NCBI GenBank assembly: GCA_032117075.1
Contig: JAUMAA010000008.1
Location: forward strand, 1 to 54,888
Direction of reading: 5' to 3'
Length of the DNA: 54,888 nucleotides
Source of the DNA: Patescibacteria group bacterium
GTDB lineage: Bacteria; Patescibacteriota; WWE3; UBA101185; UBA10185
Below the pieces are notes generated by a model. The model was not told the origin of the DNA. It saw only the letters and a program-made list of their open reading frames with translations, and made no database searches. Both the position numbers and the translations under genes were made by a program. Positions 20,657-29,768 of this stretch are shown here, piece by piece; the stretch's first letter is position 1, and each line of letters opens with the position of its first letter.

Positions 20657-21052
20657 ATGGATACAATAGCAAACTTATTAAGTACAATTAAAAATGCTTC
20701 TATGGTAAAGAAAAGTAGTGTAGAACTACCTTTTTCAAAAATGAATGAGGGAATTTTACATATCTTGAAGGAAAAAGGTTTTGTAGAAAATGTTAAAGTT
20801 TTCAAGCACAAGGATAGTGTTATCAAAGGTATACATGTTGATTTGAAATATACCGAAAGTAATAAACCTTTCATTTCTGAGGCTAAAAGAGTTTCTAAAC
20901 CTGGAAGAAGAATTTACCTCGGATCTACAGAATTAGAATTTGTTAGAAACGGTTTTGGAATTGGAATTGTATCAACTTCTAGAGGTCTTATGACTACTGA
21001 AGAGGCTAAAAAGAAGAAGCTTGGTGGTGAAGTTATTTGTGAGGTTTACTAA
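20657..21052 (+). CDS. rpsH: 30S ribosomal protein S8 (uS8)
   Basis: DTIANLLSTIKNA start, 131 aa, operon position. Confidence 0.95.
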   Translation: MDTIANLLSTIKNASMVKKSSVELPFSKMNEGILHILKEKGFVENVKVFKHKDSVIKGIHVDLKYTESNKPFISEAKRVSKPGRRIYLGSTELEFVRNGFGIGIVSTSRGLMTTEEAKKKKLGGEVICEVY

Positions 21053-21058
21053 AATAAT

Positions 21059-21604
21059 ATGTCAAGAATAGGAAAAAAAATAATTAATATACCAGCAAAT
21101 GTAACTTTAAATTTTGATGGTAATACAATAAAAGTAAGTGGTCCTTTGGGATCTCTTACTAGAGAACTAAGACCAGAAATTTCTCATACATTTGAAAACA
21201 ATATTTTATCTTTTTTTGTAAAGGAAGAGACTAAAGAATCAAATGCTTATTTTGGTTTAACAAGAGCCTTAGTTAATAATATGGTAGATGGTGTAACAAA
21301 AGGATTTGAAAAGAAATTAGAATTAGAAGGTGTAGGATACAGAGTCAAACTTAATGGTAATGATTTAAACTTTACTTTAGGTTTTTCACATCCAGTAGAT
21401 ATAAAAGCACCTGAAGGAATTAAATTTGAAGTTGACGGTAATACTAAGTTTGTAGTAAAGGGTATCGATAAAGTTTTAGTAGGTCAAGTAGCATCAAATA
21501 TTAGAAAATTAAGAAAACCTGAGCCATATAAAGGTAAAGGTATTAGATATGCAGGTGAAGTAGTTAGAAGGAAAGCTGGTAAGTCAGCATCAAAGGGTAA
21601 ATAA
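21059..21604 (+). CDS. rplF: 50S ribosomal protein L6 (uL6)
   Basis: MSRIGKKIINIP, 181 aa. Confidence 0.95.
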   Translation: MSRIGKKIINIPANVTLNFDGNTIKVSGPLGSLTRELRPEISHTFENNILSFFVKEETKESNAYFGLTRALVNNMVDGVTKGFEKKLELEGVGYRVKLNGNDLNFTLGFSHPVDIKAPEGIKFEVDGNTKFVVKGIDKVLVGQVASNIRKLRKPEPYKGKGIRYAGEVVRRKAGKSASKGK

Positions 21605-21605
21605 A

Positions 21606-21956
21606 ATGTCTAAGTTATTTTTAAACAAAAATATTAAAAGAAGAAAACTAAAAATCAGAGAAAAAATTTCTGGTACAGAATCAAGACCTAGATTAACTGT
21701 ATTTAGATCGAATAAGTTTATCTATGGTCAACTTATTGATGATACTAGAGGAAAAACTATTATCAGTATTTCATCAAAAGATTTTGATTCAAAAGACAGT
21801 AAAGTTATTGATTCTTTTAATGCAGGTAAGGAATTAGCAAAGAAAGCTATTGAAAAAGGAATTCAATCCGTGGTATTTGATAGAAATGGTTATATTTATC
21901 ATGGTAGAATACAGAGATTTGCTGAAGGATCCAGAGAAGGAGGTCTTAAGTTTTAA
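21606..21956 (+). CDS. rplR: 50S ribosomal protein L18 (uL18)
   Basis: RPRLTVFRSNKFIYGQLIDD. Confidence 0.95.
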   Translation: MSKLFLNKNIKRRKLKIREKISGTESRPRLTVFRSNKFIYGQLIDDTRGKTIISISSKDFDSKDSKVIDSFNAGKELAKKAIEKGIQSVVFDRNGYIYHGRIQRFAEGSREGGLKF

Positions 21957-21958
21957 TT

Positions 21959-22396
21959 ATGGATGTTAAAAATAAAGATATATTTGAAAAAATTATTGAA
22001 ATGAAAAGAGTAGTTAAGAAAATTACCGGAGGTAATAAATTAACATTTACAACTCTTGCTCTAGTAGGAGATAAAAAAGGTAAAGTAGGAATAGCTCTTG
22101 GAAAAGGAAATAATGTTCAACAAGCTACTCAAAAAGCCTTTCTCCATGCAAAGAAAAAAATGGTTCAAATTAAGCTAGTAAACGAAACAATTCCACACCA
22201 AGTTGAAGCTAAATATAAATCATCTAAAATTTTAATGAAACCAGCTAAACCAGGTTCTGGGGTTGTAGCAGGAGGTTCTATTAGAGATTTAGTTGAACTA
22301 GCTGGTATTAGTAATATTTCAGTTAAATTATTAGGTTCAAGTAACAAAGTAACAAATATTTATTGTGCATTAAAAGCATTCGAGAAGTTGAAATAA
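21959..22396 (+). CDS. rpsE: 30S ribosomal protein S5 (uS5)
   Basis: VVKKITGGNKLTFTTLALVGD, 145 aa. Confidence 0.95.
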   Translation: MDVKNKDIFEKIIEMKRVVKKITGGNKLTFTTLALVGDKKGKVGIALGKGNNVQQATQKAFLHAKKKMVQIKLVNETIPHQVEAKYKSSKILMKPAKPGSGVVAGGSIRDLVELAGISNISVKLLGSSNKVTNIYCALKAFEKLK

Positions 22397-22401
22397 AATA
22401 T

Positions 22402-22842
22402 ATGGATTTATTTAATTTATACAAATTATTAGGAAATAGTAAGAAGAGAAAAAGAGTTGGTAGAGGTGCTGGATCTGGTAAAGGATTCCATACTACTGGT
22501 AAGGGAACTAAAGGTCAGAAAGCTAGAACTGGTAGAAGTTTACCTTATGGTTTTGAAGGAGGACAAGTTCCTCTATATAAGAAACTTCCACAAATTGTTG
22601 GATTTAAAAACCCAAGAAGTAAAGAAATTTTTTCAGTTCCTGTTTCTTATTTTAACAAATTTGAAGACGGTGCTGTTATTACACCTGAGATGCTTTACAA
22701 ATCAAAATATAAAGCAAGTCCTAGAAATGGTGTAAAGATTTTAGCTAACGGAAATTTAGAAAAGAAGTTAACATTTTCAAAATTCATTATTTCTGAAGCT
22801 GCCAAGCTAAAAATAGAAAAAGCTGGTGGTAAAATAGAGTAA
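22402..22842 (+). CDS. rplO: 50S ribosomal protein L15 (uL15)
   Basis: Starts at ATG 22402 (MDLFNL..). The track's TTG at 22363 lies inside rpsE. GRGAGSGKG..GTKGQKAR. Confidence 0.93.
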   Translation: MDLFNLYKLLGNSKKRKRVGRGAGSGKGFHTTGKGTKGQKARTGRSLPYGFEGGQVPLYKKLPQIVGFKNPRSKEIFSVPVSYFNKFEDGAVITPEMLYKSKYKASPRNGVKILANGNLEKKLTFSKFIISEAAKLKIEKAGGKIE

Positions 22843-22843
22843 T

Positions 22844-24103
22844 ATGTCCTCTATTATCGGTAATACAGAAATTAGAAACAAAATCTTATTTACAATTTTT
22901 ATTATTTTTCTTTTCAGGATACTTTCTCATATTCCTGTACCTGGCATAGATGTTCAATCTGTTAAGAACTTTGTAACATCCTCAGAATTGTTGGGCATGT
23001 TTGATATATTTAGTGGGGGTGGTCTGAAAAATTTTTCGATAGTTACTCTTGGACTTGCTCCTTATATTAATGCCTCTATTATCATTCAATTATTTACTGC
23101 ATTAGTGCCCTCCCTTGAGGAATTATCCAAAGAAGGAGAGTCTGGAAGAGAAAGATTAAATGAGTATACGAAATTCCTGACCTTACCTATTGCAGTTGTC
23201 CAATCGTTAGGTATTTATGCATTATTTAAATCGCAAGGTGTTTTACCTGAACTTTCTAGATTAGATTTATCTATTTTGATTCTTAGTATGATGGCTGGTA
23301 CCTACATACTTCTTTGGATTTCAGATCTTTTGACTGAAAGAGGTGTGGGAAATGGGGTTTCAATGTTGATATTTGTAGGAATTATTTCCACAATCCCAAC
23401 TTCCTCGGTTCAATTTTTCGGACTTCTTAATTCGGAAAATTTTATAAATGCAGTCTTTTTTGTTCTAGCTCTTCTTGCTGTTACTGCTTCCGTTGTCTAT
23501 GTCAATGAAGGGGTAAAGAATATACCTCTTGAGTATGGAAGAAGAATAGCAAGCGGTGGTTCTAGAGTTACTTCTTCATTACCTCTTAAAGTAAATCAGG
23601 TAGGTGTTATTCCTGTTATCTTTGCTGTATCAATTGTACTACTACCTTCTCTACTTGTTGCTCCTCTTGCTGCCTCAGACAAGTCTTATTTAAGGGATCT
23701 AGGAATTTTCTTAAATGACAATTTTCAATCAGATTCATTTTTATATAACTTTATTACCTTTGTTTTAGTTTTAGCCTTTACATATTTTTATACTTCTATT
23801 CAGTTTAATCCTGAAAAAATTTCTGAAGATATTAAGAAAAGAGGAGGTTTTATTCCTGGAATTAGACCTGGAATAAACACTACATCTTATCTTAAGAATG
23901 TTATAAGAAAGATTACTTTTGGAGGTGGTTTATTTCTCGGTTTAATTGCAGTATTACCATATTTAATACAACTATTCATAGGTTTCTCATCTTTTGCTGT
24001 AGGTGGTACTTCTTTGTTAATTGTAGTTAGTGTTGTTTTGGAAACTATTAGAAAAATAGATTCACTTGTTGTTAGTAAGAAGTATCAAAGTTTTCTTGAT
24101 TAG
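22844..24103 (+). CDS. secY: Preprotein translocase subunit SecY
   Basis: 419 aa, about 10 TM. LGLAPYINASII, GGFIPGIRPG. Confidence 0.96.
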   Translation: MSSIIGNTEIRNKILFTIFIIFLFRILSHIPVPGIDVQSVKNFVTSSELLGMFDIFSGGGLKNFSIVTLGLAPYINASIIIQLFTALVPSLEELSKEGESGRERLNEYTKFLTLPIAVVQSLGIYALFKSQGVLPELSRLDLSILILSMMAGTYILLWISDLLTERGVGNGVSMLIFVGIISTIPTSSVQFFGLLNSENFINAVFFVLALLAVTASVVYVNEGVKNIPLEYGRRIASGGSRVTSSLPLKVNQVGVIPVIFAVSIVLLPSLLVAPLAASDKSYLRDLGIFLNDNFQSDSFLYNFITFVLVLAFTYFYTSIQFNPEKISEDIKKRGGFIPGIRPGINTTSYLKNVIRKITFGGGLFLGLIAVLPYLIQLFIGFSSFAVGGTSLLIVVSVVLETIRKIDSLVVSKKYQSFLD

Positions 24104-24119
24104 GAGGTAATTGGTAAGT

Positions 24120-24389
24120 ATGTTCGATAAAGCTAAGCAGTTAATGCAGTTACAAAAATTGCAATCAGAAATTAAAAAGAAATTGGAGTCTTTAACTAGT
24201 TATGAAGAAAAAGGCATGACTTCTGTTGTGGTTACAGGAGATAAGAAGATTCAGAAAATAGTTATTAACGGAGTTGAAGATAAGATATTAAGAGACCTTA
24301 TTAATACTGCCATGAAAAAGATGGACACAAAAATTGAAAAAGAAATGAAAGATAAAGAAGAGGAGTTGAAGAAACTTTATGGTTTCTAA
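24120..24389 (+). CDS. ybaB: YbaB/EbfC-like nucleoid-associated protein
   Basis: 89 aa from ATG 24120, with AGGAGG 12 nt upstream. Helix-rich QLMQLQKLQSEIKKKLESL, then beta core SVVVTGDKKIQKIVING and LRDLINTAMKK, matching the YbaB pattern. Confidence 0.6.
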   Translation: MFDKAKQLMQLQKLQSEIKKKLESLTSYEEKGMTSVVVTGDKKIQKIVINGVEDKILRDLINTAMKKMDTKIEKEMKDKEEELKKLYGF

Positions 24390-24984
24390 ACAACCAAGGA
24401 TTCTTTTGATTGGACCTCCAGGAGCTGGGAAAACTGTTATAGCTAATAAAATTTCAGAAATGTTTGAAATCCCATTTATTAAAGTGGGTTCTTTACTTAG
24501 AGAAATTAGTCCAGAAAATAAATACTACGAAATTATAAATAACTCAATGTCGAAGGGTGAATTAGCTCCAAATAATATTGTCGCCCAAGTAGTCAAAGAT
24601 GAAGTAGAAAAATCAAAAACAGGATTTGTTCTTGATGGTTGGTTAAGGCAGCTTAGTGATTTAACCGAATTTGATCCTCAAGTTGATCATGTAATTTATT
24701 TGGAATGTCCAAAAGAAACATGTAAAGAAAGAATTTTAAATAGAGTTGTTTGTAGAATAGATAGTTCAATTTACAGTTTTTCAGATACTGTTTGTTCTTT
24801 ATGTGGAGGGGAATTAGAAAAAAGAGGTGACGATACTGATGAGACATTTGAGAATAGGTGGGAAATTTTTGAAACAAAAACACTTCCAGTGCTTACCTAT
24901 TTTAAAGATAGAAATGAGTTAATTAAGATTGATGCCTCAAAAAGTATACCTGAGATAACAGAGGAAATTAAGAATCTACTATGA
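24379..24984 (+). CDS. adk: Adenylate kinase
   Basis: P-loop GPPGAGKT. LID region with Cys residues (CRID..CSLCGG). spc-operon position. Confidence 0.92.
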   Translation: MVSKQPRILLIGPPGAGKTVIANKISEMFEIPFIKVGSLLREISPENKYYEIINNSMSKGELAPNNIVAQVVKDEVEKSKTGFVLDGWLRQLSDLTEFDPQVDHVIYLECPKETCKERILNRVVCRIDSSIYSFSDTVCSLCGGELEKRGDDTDETFENRWEIFETKTLPVLTYFKDRNELIKIDASKSIPEITEEIKNLL

Positions 24985-25718
24985 TAACTTTTAAAACACA
25001 AGAGCAAATAGAGATTATGAAGGTTGGGGGAAATATTTCTTCCAATTGTTTAAAACTTGCTCTTAATATGGCAGAGGCAGGGGTATCCTTAAAAGAAATT
25101 GATTCAGCTGTTGAAGATTTTATTTTAAAAAATAAAGCTAAACCAAGTTTTAAAACCGTACCTGGTTACAGATTTTCTACCTGTATAAATATTAATGAAG
25201 GTCTAGTTCACGGGATTCCAAATGAATACATTATTAAAAAGGGAGATCTAGTCAAGATCGATTTAGGTGTTCTTTACGGAGGGTTTCATACAGATACCTC
25301 TGGGACCAAAGAAATTGAAACAAATATTGAATCTAAGTTTTTAGAGGCCGGTCAGATTTGTATTGAAAATGCCATTCAAAATTGCCAAATTGGAAATAAA
25401 CTTGGGGATGTATCTTATGCTATGCAGCATTCAATTGAATCCAGAGGTTTTAGTGTTTCTAAGAGTTTAGTAGGTCATGGAATTGGTAAAGAATTGCATG
25501 AGGATCCATTAGTACCCCCTTATGGAAAACCAGGTACAGGAATTACTCTTAAAGAGGGGTTAGTTCTAGCTATAGAGATCATCTATCAAAAAGGTAGTCA
25601 TCAATTAAAAACTCTAGATGATGGTTGGACAATTGTGACAAAAGACGGTTCACTGGGAGCATTATGGGAGCATACTGTGGCGATTACCAGGAAAGGACCT
25701 GTGGTATTGACAAAGTAA
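24981..25718 (+). CDS. map: Methionine aminopeptidase type I
   Basis: DLGVLYGGFHTD, VGHGIG, LAIE, WEHTV metal-ligand contexts. Confidence 0.93.
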   Translation: MITFKTQEQIEIMKVGGNISSNCLKLALNMAEAGVSLKEIDSAVEDFILKNKAKPSFKTVPGYRFSTCININEGLVHGIPNEYIIKKGDLVKIDLGVLYGGFHTDTSGTKEIETNIESKFLEAGQICIENAIQNCQIGNKLGDVSYAMQHSIESRGFSVSKSLVGHGIGKELHEDPLVPPYGKPGTGITLKEGLVLAIEIIYQKGSHQLKTLDDGWTIVTKDGSLGALWEHTVAITRKGPVVLTK

Positions 25719-25721
25719 GTG

Positions 25722-25750
25722 TTGAAAAATAATTATTATTTTGTTAAAAT
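25722..25750 (+). promoter_or_regulatory. Candidate internal promoter upstream of infA
   Basis: TTGAAA (25722-25727), 17-nt spacer, TGtTAAAAT (25742-25750). Confidence 0.5.
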
Positions 25751-25772
25751 ACACACTATCAATACCTAAAAG

Positions 25773-25991
25773 ATGGATACAAAGACAACAACAGACAAAG
25801 AGGGAGTAATAATAGAAGCTATAATGGGTGGTTTATTTAGAATCGAGTTTCCTGATGGAAAAACAGCTGTTGCGTCTGCTTCTTCAAATATAAGAAGAAA
25901 TAGGATAAGATTGTTTCCTGGGGACAAGGTAAAAGTAGAATTTACTCCCTACGATGATACAAGGGGTAGAATTGTTTATAAATATAAATAG
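25773..25991 (+). CDS. infA: Translation initiation factor IF-1
   Basis: 72 aa OB fold. RIRLFPGDKVKVEFTPYD. Confidence 0.95.
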   Translation: MDTKTTTDKEGVIIEAIMGGLFRIEFPDGKTAVASASSNIRRNRIRLFPGDKVKVEFTPYDDTRGRIVYKYK

Positions 25992-26003
25992 GAAATAAAA
26001 AAA

Positions 26004-26120
26004 ATGAAAGTTAGAGCATCAGTAAAAAGAATATGTAAGGATTGCAAGATTGTTAGAAGAAGAGGTGTTGTTTATGTTATTTGTAAAAGAAATCCAAAAC
26101 ATAAGCAAAAACAAGGTTAA
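26004..26120 (+). CDS. rpmJ: 50S ribosomal protein L36 (bL36)
   Basis: Not in the ORF track. Hand translation gives [38 protein letters not shown] (38 aa, C-C-C-H zinc pattern). Confidence 0.93.
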   Translation: MKVRASVKRICKDCKIVRRRGVVYVICKRNPKHKQKQG

Positions 26121-26122
26121 TT

Positions 26123-26509
26123 ATGGCAAGAATTTCAGGAATTGATATTCCTAATAACAAAAGAATAGAATACTCATTAACATATGTTAAAGGTATTGGT
26201 TTAGTACTATCCCAAAAGATTCTTTTAGCTTTAGGTATTGATTTTAATAAGAGAGCTAAAGATTTAACAGACTCAGAGGTTGCAAGTATAAACACTAGAA
26301 TACAAGAGCTTCAAATTCCTGTTGAAGGTGAGTTAAAGAGAATAATTTCTCAAAATATTAGAAGATTAATTGAGATCAAATCTTACAGAGGTTCAAGACA
26401 CCAAAAAGGCCTTCCTGCAAGAGGACAGAAGACAAGAGCAAACGCTAGAACAAGAAAAGGTAAAAAGAAAACAGTTGGCGGTACCAAGAAGAAGTTAGCA
26501 AAGAAATAA
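26123..26509 (+). CDS. rpsM: 30S ribosomal protein S13 (uS13)
   Basis: [10 protein letters not shown], basic C-terminal tail. Confidence 0.96.
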   Translation: MARISGIDIPNNKRIEYSLTYVKGIGLVLSQKILLALGIDFNKRAKDLTDSEVASINTRIQELQIPVEGELKRIISQNIRRLIEIKSYRGSRHQKGLPARGQKTRANARTRKGKKKTVGGTKKKLAKK

Positions 26510-26510
26510 T

Positions 26511-26912
26511 ATGGCAATAAGTAAAATAAAAAACAAAACTAAATCAAAAAAAGAAAATAAAGTAGTACCAGCAATTGGTAATGTATATGTTTTTTCTGGA
26601 ATGAACAATACAATTGTTTCTATTTGTGATGAAAAAGGAAATACACTTGTTAATGGAAGTTCTGGAATGTTTGGATTTAAAGGCTCAAGAAAGTCAACTC
26701 CATATGCTGCAACTAAAATTGCAGAAGAGATAGGAACTAAAGCATTTAATTCAGGTTTAAGAGAAGTTAATATTTTTGTAAAAGGTATCGGTAACGGGAG
26801 AATCTCAGCAATTAAAGCATTAAAAGTTGCTGGTTTGAAAGTTTTATCAATTACAGATAGAACACCTCTTCCTCATAACGGATGCAGACCAAGTAAAAGG
26901 AGAAGAATGTAA
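26511..26912 (+). CDS. rpsK: 30S ribosomal protein S11 (uS11)
   Basis: GFKGSRKSTPYAA, C-terminal NGCRPSKRRR. Confidence 0.96.
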   Translation: MAISKIKNKTKSKKENKVVPAIGNVYVFSGMNNTIVSICDEKGNTLVNGSSGMFGFKGSRKSTPYAATKIAEEIGTKAFNSGLREVNIFVKGIGNGRISAIKALKVAGLKVLSITDRTPLPHNGCRPSKRRRM

Positions 26913-26914
26913 TT

Positions 26915-27517
26915 ATGGCTAGAAATACTGGACCAAAATGTAGATTATGTAGAAGAGAAGGTACTAAATTGTACCTTAAAGGTAACAGATGTGAAACTGA
27001 AAAGTGTGCATTTAACAGAAGACCTACAAGACCTGGACAACATGCTTCTAAAAGAGGTGCTACTACTCAGTTTGGAATTCAATTAAGAGAAAAACAAAAA
27101 TTAAAGAGAATTTATTCTATATTAGAAAAACAATTTGGATCTTATGTTTCTAAAGCTATGAACTCCAAAGGAATTGCTTCTGAAAACTTAATGCAGATTT
27201 TAGAATCTAGACTAGACAATATGGTTTACAGATGTGGATTTGCTGTTTCTAGATCCCAAGCAAGACAGATGATAAGAAGAGGTTTATTCGCCTTAAATGG
27301 CCAGGTTGTAACTATTCCTTCTATTCTAGCGAAAACAGGAGATATTATCAGACCAATATCATTTGATAAGATACAGTTAAGACAGGGTTATGCCATTCCT
27401 GCTTGGCTTGAAGCCAATGTTAAAGAAAAATATGTTAAAATTGACAGACTTCCATCAGGAGATGATGTGAAAGAGCCTGTTAATGCACAGTTAATAGTTG
27501 AATTCTATTCAAGATAA
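26915..27517 (+). CDS. rpsD: 30S ribosomal protein S4 (uS4)
   Basis: MARNTGPKCRLCRREG and S4 RNA-binding domain. Confidence 0.96.
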   Translation: MARNTGPKCRLCRREGTKLYLKGNRCETEKCAFNRRPTRPGQHASKRGATTQFGIQLREKQKLKRIYSILEKQFGSYVSKAMNSKGIASENLMQILESRLDNMVYRCGFAVSRSQARQMIRRGLFALNGQVVTIPSILAKTGDIIRPISFDKIQLRQGYAIPAWLEANVKEKYVKIDRLPSGDDVKEPVNAQLIVEFYSR

Positions 27518-27527
27518 GGAGAAAAAA

Positions 27528-28439
27528 ATGGTTAATAACTATGAATTAAAATTTACAAAAGTTTCTGAAAACAAAAATTCAGGAGTATTTAATTTTGAAC
27601 CTTTACCTACAGGTTTTGGTCATACATTAGGATCTTCACTAAGAAGAGTTCTTTTAACATCACTTAGAGGTGCTGCTGTTACTTCATTTTCAGTACCAGG
27701 AATAACACATCAATTTACTACAATTGACGGAGTTAAAGAGGATGTTATTGAGATTACTTTAAATCTTAAAGAATTAAGATTTAAAGCGCACTCAAAAGGT
27801 ACTTTTGTTGGTAAGATTTCCAAAAAAGGTGCTGGTGTTGTTACTGCTGCTGATATTGAATTAACTTCTGAAGTTGAAGTTATCAATAAAGATGCTGTAA
27901 TTGCTACTGTATCTGAAAAATCAAAGAACTTTGAAATGGAAATTACTGTAGAAACTGGTATAGGTTACTCACCTGTTGAGAAAAGAGAGTCTAATAAATT
28001 AGGTTCTGTATTAGTTGATGCTATTTTCTCCCCAGTTGTAAGTGCATCTTATAGTATTGAAGAAACTAGAGTCGGGAGAGAATCAGGCCTTGATAAATTG
28101 ACTCTTGAAGTAATAACTGACGGATCAATAAAAGCTTCTGAAGCTATTAAAGATTCAGCTTCTATATTAAGAGACTTCTATTCTCAATTTGCATCTGCAA
28201 AAGAATCCGATGAAGGTTTAAACGAATTGTTTAGTCAAGCAGTTGCCTCTGAAATTAAATCTGATAATTCTTCTGTTGAAGATTTACCTCTTCCTACAAG
28301 AACTATCAATGCTTTAAAGAAACACGGTATATTTACACTTCAAGATCTTAGAAATAAATCTGATGAGGAAATTTCAGATATTAAGAATCTAGGTGAAAAA
28401 TCAATTGAAGAGATTAAGAAGTTACTAGGAAGAATATAA
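27528..28439 (+). CDS. rpoA: DNA-directed RNA polymerase subunit alpha
   Basis: 303 aa from ATG 27528, with AAGGAG at 27516-27521. The track's TTG at 27498 overlaps rpsD. C-terminal domain LPLPTRTINALKK. Confidence 0.94.
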   Translation: MVNNYELKFTKVSENKNSGVFNFEPLPTGFGHTLGSSLRRVLLTSLRGAAVTSFSVPGITHQFTTIDGVKEDVIEITLNLKELRFKAHSKGTFVGKISKKGAGVVTAADIELTSEVEVINKDAVIATVSEKSKNFEMEITVETGIGYSPVEKRESNKLGSVLVDAIFSPVVSASYSIEETRVGRESGLDKLTLEVITDGSIKASEAIKDSASILRDFYSQFASAKESDEGLNELFSQAVASEIKSDNSSVEDLPLPTRTINALKKHGIFTLQDLRNKSDEEISDIKNLGEKSIEEIKKLLGRI

Positions 28440-28810
28440 TGAGACATAGAGTTGGTGGAAAGCAGTTAAATAGGGATAAAGATCATAGAGAAGCTTTACT
28501 TAAGAATCTTGCTTCATCACTTATCCTTAGTGGAAGAATTGAAACTTCTGTTGTGAAAGCTAAGTTTTTGAGACCATTTATTGAAAAACTTATTACTAAA
28601 GCTAAAAACGATACTTTCACTTCATTACAATTAGTAAGAACAAAGATTGGTAATGAAGATGCTATTAAGAAGTTATTCAAAGAAATTGCTCCATCAATGA
28701 AAGAAAGAAATGGTGGTTACACAAGAATTAAGAAATTAGGAAAAATTAGAAAAGGTGATAATTCTGAAGTAGCTGTTATTGAGTTTGTAAAGAATGAGAA
28801 GGAAGCATAA
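28439..28810 (+). CDS. rplQ: 50S ribosomal protein L17 (bL17)
   Basis: MRHRVGGKQLNRDKDHR. Confidence 0.95.
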   Translation: MRHRVGGKQLNRDKDHREALLKNLASSLILSGRIETSVVKAKFLRPFIEKLITKAKNDTFTSLQLVRTKIGNEDAIKKLFKEIAPSMKERNGGYTRIKKLGKIRKGDNSEVAVIEFVKNEKEA

Positions 28811-28812
28811 AT

Positions 28813-29229
28813 ATGAAAACTAAAGTTTTAAACCCAAAAGATATCGAAGTTAAATGGCACTTAATTGATGCTAATAATCAAATACTTGGAAGAGTTGCTG
28901 ATAAAATAGCTAAAATCCTAATTGGTAAAAACAAGGTTGAGTACACTCCTAATCATTCTATTTCAGATAAGGTAGTTGTTATAAATTCTTCTAATATTAG
29001 AGTTACTGGCAATAAAGCTTCATCTAAAGTATATTACAGGCACTCTAATTATCCAGGGGGTCTTAAATCTGAGACTTTTGAAAAAAGAATTGTTAGAAGA
29101 CCTAACGATGTTTTAGTGGATGCTGTAAGAGGAATGTTACCGATTAATAGATTAAGAGATGTAAGAATTACTAATTTATATGTATATGAAGGTGATACAC
29201 ATCCTCATCAAGGACAAGTAAAGTTATAA
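28813..29229 (+). CDS. rplM: 50S ribosomal protein L13 (uL13)
   Basis: KWHLIDANNQILGRVADKIAKILIGK. Confidence 0.95.
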   Translation: MKTKVLNPKDIEVKWHLIDANNQILGRVADKIAKILIGKNKVEYTPNHSISDKVVVINSSNIRVTGNKASSKVYYRHSNYPGGLKSETFEKRIVRRPNDVLVDAVRGMLPINRLRDVRITNLYVYEGDTHPHQGQVKL

Positions 29230-29230
29230 T

Positions 29231-29644
29231 ATGTCAAAAAAAGAAAATTCAAATATGATAATAACTAGTGGAAGAAGAAAAACTGCTACTGCATCGGTTT
29301 TTATGTCTAGTGAAAAAGGTTCTATTACTGTAAATGACAAACCTATTGAAAATTACTTTCCTTCAGAAAAAGAAAACCTTATCTGGAGAAAGCCTTTTTT
29401 TCTTTTAGGTATTGCAAACCCAGAATCAAAATATAACTTGTCAATTAAAGTTAAAGGATCTTCTAAATCATCTCAATTAGGTGCTGTGTCTTTAGCTATA
29501 TCTAAAGCACTTTCTCTTTTGAATGAGGAATTTTCAGTTATGCTTAAAAAAAATGGAATGTTAACAAGAGATCCTAGAATGGTTGAAAGAAAAAAACCAA
29601 ACTTAAGAAAAGCAAGAAAAGCTTCTCAATTTTCAAAGAGATAA
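29231..29644 (+). CDS. rpsI: 30S ribosomal protein S9 (uS9)
   Basis: GRRKTATA, C-terminal RKARKASQFSKR. Confidence 0.95.
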   Translation: MSKKENSNMIITSGRRKTATASVFMSSEKGSITVNDKPIENYFPSEKENLIWRKPFFLLGIANPESKYNLSIKVKGSSKSSQLGAVSLAISKALSLLNEEFSVMLKKNGMLTRDPRMVERKKPNLRKARKASQFSKR

Positions 29645-29663
29645 TCTTTTATATATTGAGGAA

Positions 29664-29700
29664 AGAGGGGAAATACGAAAGTATTTCCCCTCTTTTATTT
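29664..29700 (+). terminator. Rho-independent terminator closing the 26.5-kb rpoB-to-rpsI block
   Basis: 13-bp stem AGAGGGGAAATAC / GTATTTCCCCTCT (29664-29676 / 29681-29693), GAAA loop, then TTTATTT. Confidence 0.85.
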
Positions 29701-29768
29701 TAGTAATTACTTTTGAGTTGCACTTAACCTTTTAATTAGAAGATTTTTAATAAAAAATTTTCTCTATC

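Noticed and set aside
22363-22401. Upstream TTG/ATG starts proposed by the ORF track for rplO (22363), ybaB-like gene (24111), rpoA (27498) and the second GT2 (50982)
   Set aside because: Each extension overlaps the preceding gene by 8-70 nt and adds non-conserved residues. A downstream ATG with a better context (an SD or the conserved N-terminus) is preferred.
16939-28680. Short antisense or alternative-frame ORFs in the ribosomal block (16939-17202, 17376-17645, 18335-18556, 20605-20874, 22165-22347, 22457-22735, 24653-24883, 26077-26295, 28483-28680)
   Set aside because: Each is nested in a confidently identified ribosomal-protein, adk or rpsM gene. None has its own start signals or a recognisable product.
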